Shown in pieces: positions 29,822 through 39,171 of a stretch of 64,000 nt of DNA. Origin of the DNA: a virus; IMG/VR virus record IMGVR_UViG_3300040801_002121; one strand, 5' to 3'. Each line of letters starts with the position of its first letter. Positions within the stretch are counted from its first letter, which is position 1. The notes beneath the pieces were generated by a model. The model searched no databases, was not told the DNA's origin, and saw only the letters and a program-made list of their open reading frames with translations. The position numbers were made by a program, and so were the translations under genes.

Positions 29822-30528
29822 GCTGCAAGTTCCTCATAACGAGCGATGTAGCGCTCTTTGGCTTCTTCGGCCGACCAAACGCGGAAGTCCGGAATGACAT
29901 CACGGATGTTGATACGCGGGTGGTCATTTTCGTTGGAGTAGGGGACGACAGGCGGGCCCATGAGTTCATCACGTTCGAGAAACACGAGCATGTTGTCGAT
30001 GCGGCGAACACATTCGTCGATCGCCACGTCTCGCGGAATCTTGAGCACTCGGCAGATTTCATCAAGCATAGCCTTCTCGGCTTCCGAGTAGCCTTCAAGC
30101 TGCTTCTTGACTGGGCGACATACGTCGGCGAAGCCATAACCTTCTGCGGCGTCGTGGATGAGAGCATAAAGCGCTGGCGAGGCTGAGCCCGTCCAATCCC
30201 ATTTTGGCACGATTTCGAGATGGGATCGCTCGGCGATCTCAGATGCGTGGACTTGGTGCTGGGCGATCGAGAAGCGGAGCGGTTTTCCATCCTCGTCTGC
30301 GGTTTGCCCTCCCCAGCGGGGAAGGACGGCTGTGGCATGAGCGATCGTCTCGATGTCGATGTCGTTACCGGGATGGCGCGGCACCAATGGCCAGAAATAT
30401 CGTCCCTTGTAAATCTGGATAGCCCCATCAATGCCGGTGGCATTCGCGACCGCTTTGTTGCGTGCGATCTTGGCTCGCCATTCAGGCGCGGTTCGGCGTG
30501 CTTTCGGCAGCGTCAGGGTCATATCCAT
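29818..30528 (-). CDS. HD-domain phosphohydrolase
   Basis: H..H (IAQHQVHASE) and LIHDAAEGY..D pattern. Confidence 0.6.
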   Translation of the reverse strand: MDMTLTLPKARRTAPEWRAKIARNKAVANATGIDGAIQIYKGRYFWPLVPRHPGNDIDIETIAHATAVLPRWGGQTADEDGKPLRFSIAQHQVHASEIAERSHLEIVPKWDWTGSASPALYALIHDAAEGYGFADVCRPVKKQLEGYSEAEKAMLDEICRVLKIPRDVAIDECVRRIDNMLVFLERDELMGPPVVPYSNENDHPRINIRDVIPDFRVWSAEEAKERYIARYEELAA

Positions 30529-30555
30529 GGGAGGTTCCTTGGTTAAGGTGAGAAT

Positions 30556-30597
30556 GTTCTAGTAAAAATTGCTGTCTTTGTCAAGCAAAAATTACCC
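30556..30597 (-). promoter_or_regulatory. promoter with GGTAATTTTTGC upstream element
   Basis: Minus strand reads GGTAATTTTTGC-TTGACA (30584-30579), 17-nt spacer containing GCAATTTTT, TAGAAC (30561-30556). Confidence 0.6.
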
Positions 30598-30765
30598 TTG
30601 GTCGCGGGAGAAACAACGGAATCCTTCCTTGATGCCCCGTGAAACACCTTGGTAGATTTTGTTGTCGATCTCATAATAAGTGAACGAAATCAACAGACCG
30701 GTGAGTAAGAAACCTCCGACGATAAGCGCGACTACTTCATTGATGTCCATTGGATTAGGCTCCAT
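30592..30765 (-). CDS. small single-TM protein
   Basis: MEPNPMDINEVVALIVGGFLLTGLLISFTYY..; internal ATG of track ORF 30592..30882. Confidence 0.5.
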   Translation of the reverse strand: MEPNPMDINEVVALIVGGFLLTGLLISFTYYEIDNKIYQGVSRGIKEGFRCFSRDQG

Positions 30766-30776
30766 AATGCTCACCG

Positions 30777-31190
30777 TCAGGCAATTTCGACACGGCCGTG
30801 TGTCAGTGTCCGATCGCGATTTTCGAGCGGCAGGTGCTCCATCCACTCCTTCTTCCACGGTCCTCGAATTGAAAACACCCATGACTCCGGTGTTACCGAT
30901 GAGACCTTGTGGAAGTCTTTGCGGGTTGTCAGGAACGGGAGGAATGACGGCTTGATCGTGTAGGTCCGACCATCCCGCATTTCTTCATGAAGCTCGCCTT
31001 TGACAACCCACGAGATACAATGAAAAGCGTGTGTGTGAAAAGCTTCGCGACTGTCTCCGTCAAAGCGGAGAAGAACGATCGAGAAAAGTGGCTTGATTGC
31101 GATGAAGAAAAAGCCACTTACAGTGCTTTTTTCTCCTCCGTCCTTACGCCAGTCAAGAAACGAAAACAGGTTTTTCTTACCAAAACGCAT
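30777..31190 (-). CDS. hypothetical protein (possible cupin-like)
   Basis: 137-aa ORF; FHTHAFHCISWVVKGELHE. Confidence 0.5.
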   Translation of the reverse strand: MRFGKKNLFSFLDWRKDGGEKSTVSGFFFIAIKPLFSIVLLRFDGDSREAFHTHAFHCISWVVKGELHEEMRDGRTYTIKPSFLPFLTTRKDFHKVSSVTPESWVFSIRGPWKKEWMEHLPLENRDRTLTHGRVEIA

Positions 31191-31199
31191 AGTAAACCC

Positions 31200-33011
31200 C
31201 TAAGCAGCAGCACGGTGACCATCGACACCTTCTTGCACCATAGCAATACGGGTAACGAGGTCTTGGATTGTTAGAGCATCGATGGTGCCATCGACGACGA
31301 GATATTGAACCAGCACATTATGTTCGAGACCAATACGGTGAGCCCGGTCTTCACATTGCTCCATGTCACCGGGGACTGACCACATTTCTAGGAAACAGAC
31401 GACAGTGGCTTCTGTGAGTGTATGTCCCACACCGCCAGCTTTGAGGTTACAGATGATGACGTTGCAGTCAGGATCGGGATCGATGCCGTTGTCATTGTCG
31501 CCTTGGAAGCGCAACTTTTCCGCTTCAACCTTTTTGGTGCCGAGACCACCGATAATCCGGGCGGCGGTCGGGAAAGCTTCGTGGACCTTGGCCACCACGT
31601 CTTTGTGGATTGCAAAGACGATGACTTTTTCACCAGAGTCCACGAGACGTTTGATATGCTCGACCGCCATCGGCACCTTTGACAAAGCCAGATCATGGCG
31701 AGCTTCTGAATAAGCGGCGAAGCCGGGCTGCACTTCACCGGGATCAAGCTGATCGATCTCAGGTGATTCAAAACCCTGCGGCAGGAACTTGGTCATAGTG
31801 TCAAGCATCATCGCCGGGTCTTGTTCTTCCAGCGCTACCTCGGGCTTGTATTCCACCCCTTCGTTTGCCGCGTCCAGCATCGCCAGAGCCTTTGTGAACT
31901 TGTCACGTTCAGTCTTGATGATCCGCTTCATCCCCTCGGGTGGGAAGACCACAACTTCGCGAGTTTTCTCCGGTAAGTCAGACAGAACGTGTTTCTTCAA
32001 GCGACGAATCATGAAGGTTCGGCGCAGGTATTCGTTTAGCTCTTCGAGGTTTGATCCACCAGACGCATCCATACCAAAGCCACTCATTGTGGCATCGCAA
32101 TAAGTGAAAGCAAAATGCTCCCAATTATTGCCCAGACCACGTGGGTCGAAGTCTCGGATGATCGTCCACATATCCTTGGGCTGCTTCATCATTGGTGTGC
32201 CAGTCAGCATCAAACGATACTCGGCACGTAGACAGGCCATTCGAATGGATTTCTCAGCGTGGGCGCATCGTATACGCTGCTTCATCCGCATGAATTTCTC
32301 GGCCTTGTAATCCCATTTGTAGGTGCCGAAGATCGCTTGCGTCCGCTTGGAATCTCCGTTTGAGAGATATTGGGCTTCATCACAGATCAAGATGTCCCAA
32401 TGCTCAGCCCACAAGGCATCCTTGTTTCGGTTCAAGATGTCATAATTGATGATGACAAAATCGGTCTCAGGAATTTCCGATCCATAGGCGATACCAACTG
32501 TTAGGTCTTTATCGACCAACCATTTCGTCATTTCCTTGAGCCAATTGAGTTTCAACGTAGCCGGGCAAACGATAAGGCCGCACCGAAGATCAAGATAATT
32601 GATCAGCCCGATTGCTTGGATCGTCTTTCCAAGTCCGGGAGGATCACCAATCAGTGTGTCACGGCGTTCGGCCGCGTAAAGGATACCTGCCTTCTGATAA
32701 GGTAGGTAATCGAGTTTTTCGCCTTTGTGATTCCAGATGTCCGGGACTGCGATCTCCGCATCGGCATACATCGAATAGGAGGCTTCCATAGCCTCATCAC
32801 GTTCATCGATCAGTCCCTTGAGATAATCGTAGGTCTCATCGTCAGCCGCACATTCAACAAACGGCTCTGCGTTCTTCCAGTCCGAGGTCTGGTAGATACG
32901 GTTGATCCGGTCAAAGATAAACCCGGCTTCTCGGAGTTCGCCCCAGTGTTCTTCTGCGGCGTCAGCGAGAAACCGACCGTCTTTGTAATAAAGGTCGAGG
33001 TCGAGGTCCAT
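31200..33011 (-). CDS. SNF2-family helicase
   Basis: GDPPGLGKTIQAIG, DEAQ box (ILICDEAQYL), and C-terminal GGVGHTLTEA..QCEDRAHRIG. Confidence 0.85.
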   Translation of the reverse strand: MDLDLDLYYKDGRFLADAAEEHWGELREAGFIFDRINRIYQTSDWKNAEPFVECAADDETYDYLKGLIDERDEAMEASYSMYADAEIAVPDIWNHKGEKLDYLPYQKAGILYAAERRDTLIGDPPGLGKTIQAIGLINYLDLRCGLIVCPATLKLNWLKEMTKWLVDKDLTVGIAYGSEIPETDFVIINYDILNRNKDALWAEHWDILICDEAQYLSNGDSKRTQAIFGTYKWDYKAEKFMRMKQRIRCAHAEKSIRMACLRAEYRLMLTGTPMMKQPKDMWTIIRDFDPRGLGNNWEHFAFTYCDATMSGFGMDASGGSNLEELNEYLRRTFMIRRLKKHVLSDLPEKTREVVVFPPEGMKRIIKTERDKFTKALAMLDAANEGVEYKPEVALEEQDPAMMLDTMTKFLPQGFESPEIDQLDPGEVQPGFAAYSEARHDLALSKVPMAVEHIKRLVDSGEKVIVFAIHKDVVAKVHEAFPTAARIIGGLGTKKVEAEKLRFQGDNDNGIDPDPDCNVIICNLKAGGVGHTLTEATVVCFLEMWSVPGDMEQCEDRAHRIGLEHNVLVQYLVVDGTIDALTIQDLVTRIAMVQEGVDGHRAAA

Positions 33012-33016
33012 TAAGG

Positions 33017-33214
33017 TTAATCTGGTAGTTCGATGCGGTGGAGTTCGTATTTGCCTTGTGGCCACGTGATGCCGTAGCTGCACCCCATTTGACAGGCGCG
33101 TGCCTGTAGCTCTTGGATAAGTGCGATGGCACGATCGTCGTGGCTATCTAAAGCCACGACGATCTCGCCTCGTCCGGGCGGTGCTATCTTCACAGGCCGA
33201 GCTTCTTTTTCCAC
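33017..33214 (-). CDS. hypothetical protein
   Basis: 65-aa ORF overlapping the rIIB-like 3' end by 25 nt; start uncertain. Confidence 0.4.
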   Translation of the reverse strand: MEKEARPVKIAPPGRGEIVVALDSHDDRAIALIQELQARACQMGCSYGITWPQGKYELHRIELPD

Positions 33215-34581
33215 CCACGCAGAGTGGATTCGCCAATGTCGAGTTCACGGGCGGCGGCGCGGATCGCCGAAGCTTCTTCGAGGGCTTCTTCAATTTCCTT
33301 GCCGGTGAATTTGCGACCATCCTTGGTCTCGAAGATTTCTCCCTCGTTGTCGGGCAGTTTGTATTCCACTCGTGCTTGTGCAGCTTCACGCTGCATCTTC
33401 TCACGCCGCTTTTCTTCGTAGATTTCGGCGCTGATTGCATGTGCTCGGTTGCGAATCAGAGTCTCCATTTCACCATCGGGTGAGACGGCTTCTTCGTTCG
33501 CCTTGTCAAGCTTCTCGTATGCGCTGGTGGCATCATCAACACCGCCGCGAGCTTCAAGACGCTCTTCCAAGAGACGGCGAGTCACCTCACCGCTGTGGAC
33601 GCCTTTCGAGGCTGCTTCGATTTGCTGAACCGTCGCGTCGGCGATGTTGGGCTTCTCACGAGCTTCGACCTCGGCTTGTGCGATAGCGGAGATTGTGTCG
33701 GAATAACCAGTGTCATCCGCCTTATCAGCATCGGTCATTTGTTCTTCGGTCTCAGCGGCCGCTGCATCGCACGTCACCGGCGTCGGAAGCTTGATCTGGG
33801 CAAGAACATCATCGGGGAACTCAGCCGGATTTTCGAGGTTGACCACACCCTTCTTCCAGACCTTATCGTGGGCCGCGCTTTCCTTCGCCAGTTCGGCGAC
33901 GACTTCGTAACGGCAGCACCGCCCTTTGGTGAACCCATAATCGTTCGGAATCGAGGTCACATCACGCGGGTTGATCTTCACAATCACGACGCGCTGTCCG
34001 CTAAAGCTTGACAGATAACCGACGGAGCAAAAGTGGAAGCCAGTTGAGCAGTGATTGGAGCGAACAGGATCGCACATTTCACGTGGCATCTCGATCACCG
34101 TTCCCGGCGAATTATCGAATTTACCAGTGTGGCAATCAGTGAAGTTGGCCCGGACCTTCTTGAAGGCGAGGAAATGACCGTCGTCGGTCAACGGCATATC
34201 AGCCTTTTCCATCCATTCGTAAAGCTCATCATGGGCATACGCGGCCGGGTTGTCGTAGACGTTGTTCATGAACTTGGCCCACGGCGTCAGGTCAAAACCG
34301 TCAAGCAACAGGTCCATCATGCGCTTGGTCATATAGTTATGAACTGGTTTTCCGTCGAACTTGATCTCGTTGTCAGTCACGGTCACGCGACCTTCGGTCA
34401 TGATCTCGACAGCCCGCTTGACCGACGCCCACTCGATGATCTGGTCCACGTCACGTTCGGAGACAGGCTTCTTGAGTTCGTCCCGGATAGAGGTGTAGTT
34501 GATGTGACTTTCGTCGATGGAATGCACATCTCCGTTAAAGAGAAGCGTAATCGACGAGCGGTTGAGGGTGAAGCTCAGCAT
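33190..34581 (-). CDS. rIIB: rIIB-like protein with C-terminal HTH
   Basis: Directly downstream of the rIIA-like gene. FKKVR..HTGKFDNSPGTVIEMPR..CSTGFHFCS resembles the T4 RIIB core. C-terminus ELDIGESTLRGWKKK. Confidence 0.55.
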   Translation of the reverse strand: MLSFTLNRSSITLLFNGDVHSIDESHINYTSIRDELKKPVSERDVDQIIEWASVKRAVEIMTEGRVTVTDNEIKFDGKPVHNYMTKRMMDLLLDGFDLTPWAKFMNNVYDNPAAYAHDELYEWMEKADMPLTDDGHFLAFKKVRANFTDCHTGKFDNSPGTVIEMPREMCDPVRSNHCSTGFHFCSVGYLSSFSGQRVVIVKINPRDVTSIPNDYGFTKGRCCRYEVVAELAKESAAHDKVWKKGVVNLENPAEFPDDVLAQIKLPTPVTCDAAAAETEEQMTDADKADDTGYSDTISAIAQAEVEAREKPNIADATVQQIEAASKGVHSGEVTRRLLEERLEARGGVDDATSAYEKLDKANEEAVSPDGEMETLIRNRAHAISAEIYEEKRREKMQREAAQARVEYKLPDNEGEIFETKDGRKFTGKEIEEALEEASAIRAAARELDIGESTLRGWKKKLGL

Positions 34582-36833
34582 CCGATTTGTTCCTTGATTG
34601 CAGTATATACGAACTTGGTTTTCAAAGTGCCGGTTCCTGAAACACTCACGCGGTTGATGAGTTTCATCAGTCGTTCCCAGCGGGGTGACATCAGTGGGTA
34701 AGGAAAGACATCTTTATAGCGAATTGTTGGCGGCAGAACTTCAAGACCGTAGGCGAGTCCCTGCGTGATGGCCATTTCTTGCAGTGCCGGGTAGGTGTAA
34801 ATGAAGGTGCCAAGTTTTTGACGCCGTTCGGTTGGGATGCGCTTGTAGCGCTTATCAAAGCGGCTCAGTTCATAAAGCTCTCCGACTGGCTCCATCCCAG
34901 CGTTTTTCCAACGCGACAGCGCGTAATCGTAACGTGACTTTTCAAAGCGTTCGTGATTGAGAATGTTGACCATATCGCGAATGTCACGAAAAGTCAATAG
35001 ACCTTCAATCGTTTCTTCCACCCCGTAGTAGAGTGGGAAGTCTGCCCAGCGCTCCAGCTTTTCAAACTCATTCTTCTTGATATTGATGACTGAGATCGCA
35101 GGTCCCCCAAATTGTTGGAGGACTTCATGAAGGGTCTCGACTTCGTGGAGCGAGCGGTGAGGATATTTCTCCGGATCGGGGTTCCAGCATTCACCACAGT
35201 TGATGAAAGCAAACAAATGACCTTCATAGTCAGATTCGTTATCGGCAGCCACCAGATGACCATTCTCGAACACTTTCATGCGGTCGAAGCCGCCGTAGTA
35301 GTATTCGTTCCCGTTGCTGTCACGCGGCGTTACTGGCTTGGGTGGTAGCGGCAAATCGCTTGCCTTGACGATGGGTGGTTTGCCCAAGGCCTTATGCAGC
35401 TTCTTGTCGAAATCGCCTTCTTGGATCGTGAATCCATAGAGAAGATCATTCTCAATCAGATAGTGGCCGATGCGCGAGTTGTGCTGTCCCGCCTTGTCAA
35501 GGATCACAAAAATAGACTTATCCAAGTCAGCAGGCACACCACCTTGGAAGCCTGAGAGGCGTCGATCGTCGCGGTCGTAAACCAAGGAGTAATGATTGTT
35601 ACCGCTCTCGCGATAAACAACAGAAAAGATCGGATATGCTGGCCCACGATCTCGGCGGCACGGGGCGATGTGAGAGACGAAAGTGTCGCGAAGTTCGATC
35701 GCCTTTTCATACTGCGGCGTCTGTTTGAACAGTTTGCCCATGCTCTGCAACGCAGGCGACCCGGCGATGCAGAGATATTCCCAATCGTTCTTGGCACCAG
35801 CGAACACGGTATCTAGCCGTGAGCCGACATCATCCATCATGTCTTGCCAACGCGCCTTGAGCGCTGCGACAGTCTCATCGGTGTAAGCCAAGCGTTCGCG
35901 ACCTAGATCGAACTCAAGTGAGCCGATTGGGAAGTCAATCACAAATGTGGACTGCATGTTCTTGAAAGCAGCGAATTTCTCGGAGTGATTGACGATGGTT
36001 ACATCGACATATTCACCCAGCATGGAATCATATTTGCGTCGCGTTTCCTCGGTGGCGCGATCATCGATTTCCATAAGGTCAATGGGATAGAGAACGCAGC
36101 CCTGCTTGGCCCAGAACCCCGAGCCCGGAAGATACTCCTCAGGATAGACCTTGAACACGGAACCCACTTCCAGAGGTTCGACGCGTAGTTCCTCGACAAC
36201 CCGCTCACGCAGACCGTTCGGAATGGTCGGAAACCCACGAAAGACACGGATTGCTGACTTCTCGAACTGATCAAGGTCTTTGTTCTTGACCGGAAACTCG
36301 ATCTTGACACCAGACAGTTCATCACTGTCTCCTCCACCAGCATGGGCGATCTGTGGTTCACCGCTGGGGCCCATGTATACCGAATAGAAGTTGACCCGGC
36401 CATCTTTCCAAACGGTGATTGCACATGAATCTGTGTAGGCGAAGAAGCTCATCCGGCCCAGCCCGAGCATACCTACCTGATCGTTGGGGTTGGTATCCAT
36501 GTCCTCTTCGTTCAACCCGTCTTTGGTGCTCTCAAACATGACGGCAAAACGGCTCATCATGAACTCGTGGCTCATCCCGATGCCGTAGTCACGAATAGAG
36601 AAATTGGGCTCAAGAGCGTTGGGCAGGTGAACATCGAACGGCGCGAGTGAGCCTGCCATCTTATGCGAGTCAAAAGCGTTGGTAGCCAACTCGCGGATCG
36701 CGGCCTCAATCTTACGGGAGTATAGACCGTCAATAAGCCCCCGGAATGCCTTGCCGTTTGCTGAGATGGAAAACGACTGGGTTTGCCCGAAACCTTCTGC
36801 TTCGACTTCCGCGTGTGCTGTATTGAATTTCAT
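34575..36833 (-). CDS. rIIA: rIIA-like protein (GHKL/HATPase_c N-terminal domain)
   Basis: N box IRELATNAFDS, G1 DYGIGMS, G2 GMLGLGRMSFF. ATG 36833 behind AAAGGAGG. Confidence 0.6.
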   Translation of the reverse strand: MKFNTAHAEVEAEGFGQTQSFSISANGKAFRGLIDGLYSRKIEAAIRELATNAFDSHKMAGSLAPFDVHLPNALEPNFSIRDYGIGMSHEFMMSRFAVMFESTKDGLNEEDMDTNPNDQVGMLGLGRMSFFAYTDSCAITVWKDGRVNFYSVYMGPSGEPQIAHAGGGDSDELSGVKIEFPVKNKDLDQFEKSAIRVFRGFPTIPNGLRERVVEELRVEPLEVGSVFKVYPEEYLPGSGFWAKQGCVLYPIDLMEIDDRATEETRRKYDSMLGEYVDVTIVNHSEKFAAFKNMQSTFVIDFPIGSLEFDLGRERLAYTDETVAALKARWQDMMDDVGSRLDTVFAGAKNDWEYLCIAGSPALQSMGKLFKQTPQYEKAIELRDTFVSHIAPCRRDRGPAYPIFSVVYRESGNNHYSLVYDRDDRRLSGFQGGVPADLDKSIFVILDKAGQHNSRIGHYLIENDLLYGFTIQEGDFDKKLHKALGKPPIVKASDLPLPPKPVTPRDSNGNEYYYGGFDRMKVFENGHLVAADNESDYEGHLFAFINCGECWNPDPEKYPHRSLHEVETLHEVLQQFGGPAISVINIKKNEFEKLERWADFPLYYGVEETIEGLLTFRDIRDMVNILNHERFEKSRYDYALSRWKNAGMEPVGELYELSRFDKRYKRIPTERRQKLGTFIYTYPALQEMAITQGLAYGLEVLPPTIRYKDVFPYPLMSPRWERLMKLINRVSVSGTGTLKTKFVYTAIKEQIGC

Positions 36834-36881
36834 ACTGCCTCCTTTTTGTCTCCGATTCGTGCAAGGCCTACGTAAATGAGC

Positions 36882-36910
36882 TTGCATTGTCAAGCAAAAA
36901 TTGCTATAGT
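36882..36910 (+). promoter_or_regulatory. plus-strand promoter, face-to-face with the rIIA promoter element
   Basis: TTGCAT (36882-36887), 17 nt, TATAGT (36905-36910). The spacer is the reverse complement of GCAATTTTTGCTTGACA. Confidence 0.6.
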
Positions 36911-36917
36911 GCAAAGG

Positions 36918-37160
36918 ATGAATGGCGGTATGAAAAAAGTGTCTGGTCGTGTTCTGTCATCGAAGCCTCTACTCGATGATTGGGATGACGACGATTGCCT
37001 GTGCCAAGGGAAAGTCACTGACGACAGACGCATCGACGTTCAAGTCCGCATCTACGATGAAAAGCGCAAGAAACACCGCTGGCGCAACATGATTCGTTAC
37101 CACATGGATTGTCCTGTTCACGGGACCAACCGGGGAGCCAACCAATGCCCGCAGGAATGA
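36918..37160 (+). CDS. hypothetical protein
   Basis: ATG 36918 (or 36930) within track ORF 36876..37160. Confidence 0.45.
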   Translation: MNGGMKKVSGRVLSSKPLLDDWDDDDCLCQGKVTDDRRIDVQVRIYDEKRKKHRWRNMIRYHMDCPVHGTNRGANQCPQE

Positions 37161-37330
37161 ACCCTCTCGTTTGTAACGAAATTGAGCGCAACGGTGTGAT
37201 CCCGGAAGAATGCAAGTTTCTCAACCCTTCTCTTCATTTCTGCCCAACGTGGGGTGGAATGTTGATTGATCATTCCGATCCGGAATTTGACCACTGCCAA
37301 TGTCCCGAATTTCAGAGGTATAAGAAGTGA
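37145..37330 (+). CDS. small Cys-rich protein
   Basis: ATG 37145 behind GGGGAG; CNE..C..C..CQC pattern. Confidence 0.45.
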   Translation: MPAGMNPLVCNEIERNGVIPEECKFLNPSLHFCPTWGGMLIDHSDPEFDHCQCPEFQRYKK

Positions 37331-37707
37331 ACCAACCCGAAAGCCCTTACCGGGCGATCGCATCCCAAATCCTGTTTGATGAGCAGCCCGGTGTTGATGG
37401 GTGTTCCAACGCAGATCGAGCTTTGTTCTTCTGTAACGCCATGGACGTTCAGACCATCGATCTAAATGAGCAGCTTGATCTTACGATGCTCGTTAGGGAG
37501 ACGGACATCACTGTGGTTGATGCAGCATTTCACTATCTTATGTTGCAGCTATCATATAACCGGCGTCTTCTCGATACCGGTTTTATCGCTCCAGAAGAGT
37601 TTCAACCGAAATGTGATTCTCTTGCTCTTGCGCTTCGTCGCGTAAAGTGGCACAAGAAGCACCTTCTAAAAGGTGTTCCAACTCCACCGTTCTCAATCAC
37701 GGACTGA
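37327..37707 (+). CDS. hypothetical protein
   Basis: 126-aa ORF, coupled to the upstream stop. Confidence 0.55.
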   Translation: MNQPESPYRAIASQILFDEQPGVDGCSNADRALFFCNAMDVQTIDLNEQLDLTMLVRETDITVVDAAFHYLMLQLSYNRRLLDTGFIAPEEFQPKCDSLALALRRVKWHKKHLLKGVPTPPFSITD

Positions 37708-37733
37708 GTTGATTTCCTAAGTTCACAAAGTTG

Positions 37734-37762
37734 TTGACACGAATCGGTTCACTGTGCATAAC
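37734..37762 (+). promoter_or_regulatory. promoter of the recombinase gene
   Basis: TTGACA (37734-37739), 17 nt, CATAAC (37757-37762). Confidence 0.5.
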
Positions 37763-37795
37763 GGTGATACCGAAACAACAACGAGGAGTGAACTT

Positions 37796-38425
37796 ATGGC
37801 TACCAAGCGTGCCAAGACCCTGAACGACAAGCAGTTTGCCAAGATGTGCGACGTGGCTCGCGACATCTCGCCGTTGCCTGAGCGTGACATTCTCATGCTC
37901 GCTCTGTCATTCAAGGCTGGTCTTCGTATTGGCGAGATCGCCAAGATTGACCTTGATCATATGCTCGACATTGAAGGTGACATCGCCGACACTATCAACG
38001 TGTTCTCGCATGTTGGTAAGCGTCACCGCGAACGCACCTTGCCCATGCACCCACTGGTGCGCGATGCTCTCGAAGACTTCATGAAAGCCTACCCCAGCGC
38101 TGAGTTTGTGGCGATCTCGTCGCAACCGTTTCGTTGGGTATTGGCTCGTGGTGAAGAAATCCCAGCCGATGCTGAGCACCGTCGTGCGACCGTCAACGCC
38201 ATGACGAAAGCGTTCAAGAACATTGCCAAAGAAGCTGGGTTCAAAGGCGTCAGCACTCACTCTGGCCGTCGCACCTTTGGCACCAAGCTGGCTCGACAGG
38301 CCAACAAAGACAACCACACCACGATTCGCGATGTGCAGCGTTGCTTGGGCCACGCTCACCTCGAAACGACCGAAGCTTACATCGATGTCTCGGAAGATGT
38401 CCGCGACCTCGTTGCCGCTGTTTGA
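37796..38425 (+). CDS. int: tyrosine recombinase/integrase, catalytic domain only (210 aa)
   Basis: R (AGLRIGEI), HxxR (HSGRRTF), and H..Y (LGHAHLETTEAYI). No N-terminal core-binding domain. Confidence 0.8.
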   Translation: MATKRAKTLNDKQFAKMCDVARDISPLPERDILMLALSFKAGLRIGEIAKIDLDHMLDIEGDIADTINVFSHVGKRHRERTLPMHPLVRDALEDFMKAYPSAEFVAISSQPFRWVLARGEEIPADAEHRRATVNAMTKAFKNIAKEAGFKGVSTHSGRRTFGTKLARQANKDNHTTIRDVQRCLGHAHLETTEAYIDVSEDVRDLVAAV

Positions 38426-38506
38426 TGAAATAAGCTGTTGACTTTGACAGCGGATTGAAGCAAACAAACATCACAACCACCTAACCAAAAACATACAGGA
38501 GGAATT

Positions 38507-39004
38507 ATGACTACGCCGAAAAAGACTACCACCAGCACTCGGAAAGCCGGGACCGCAAAGAAAACACCGACTCGCCGGACCGATCCGTATCGCGACCAGC
38601 AGGGTCAGCAGATCGACGAAGGCGGCACCGCTGGCGTTCCGATCATGATGCTCGAACACGTCGAACCGACATTCTCCGGCCGCACGCCTAAGCCGGAAGA
38701 GTATCCGTTCTCCAAGCTGGAGCACTCGAAGAAGGTCGAAGGCAAGCTTGTGGGCCCCTCGTTCTTCATCCCCAACTCGGCCAAGCCGGAGACCGTGCTG
38801 GCGCGTTACCGCAAGCGCTGGAACGGTTACGACGGTAAGGAATATCGCAAGTTCCAGTCGCACGCCAATACGATGGAAATCGACGGCAAGATGGTGCAGG
38901 GCATGAGCGTCTGGCGCGCTACCAAGGAAGAGGAAGCCGCTGGCCGTGCTGATCTTGAAAAGCGGCTTGCTGCGAAAGCCAAGAAGCAGAAAGAGCCTGC
39001 ATAA
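38507..39004 (+). CDS. hypothetical basic protein
   Basis: AGGAGG RBS; K/T-rich N-terminus. Confidence 0.6.
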   Translation: MTTPKKTTTSTRKAGTAKKTPTRRTDPYRDQQGQQIDEGGTAGVPIMMLEHVEPTFSGRTPKPEEYPFSKLEHSKKVEGKLVGPSFFIPNSAKPETVLARYRKRWNGYDGKEYRKFQSHANTMEIDGKMVQGMSVWRATKEEEAAGRADLEKRLAAKAKKQKEPA

Positions 39005-39063
39005 AGAGCTTGCGAATCAGCGAGAGGGTCGCTAACACGATCCAACCACTCGTCAACCGACAG

Positions 39064-39099
39064 GCGGCCGTCATCGAAAGATGGCGGCCGTTGGTTTTT
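39064..39099 (+). terminator. rho-independent terminator
   Basis: Stem GCGGCCGTCAT/ATGGCGGCCG(T), then TTGGTTTTT. Confidence 0.7.
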
Positions 39100-39142
39100 A
39101 ACAAGGGTAGACAACTTTTTTCGCATCAGTGCAAATTAGTTG

Positions 39143-39171
39143 TTGACATAGAGGGCAAGTATCACTATACA
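39143..39171 (+). promoter_or_regulatory. promoter of the large non-coding RNA
   Basis: GCAAATTAGTTG-TTGACA (39143-39148), 17 nt, TATACA (39166-39171). Confidence 0.65.
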
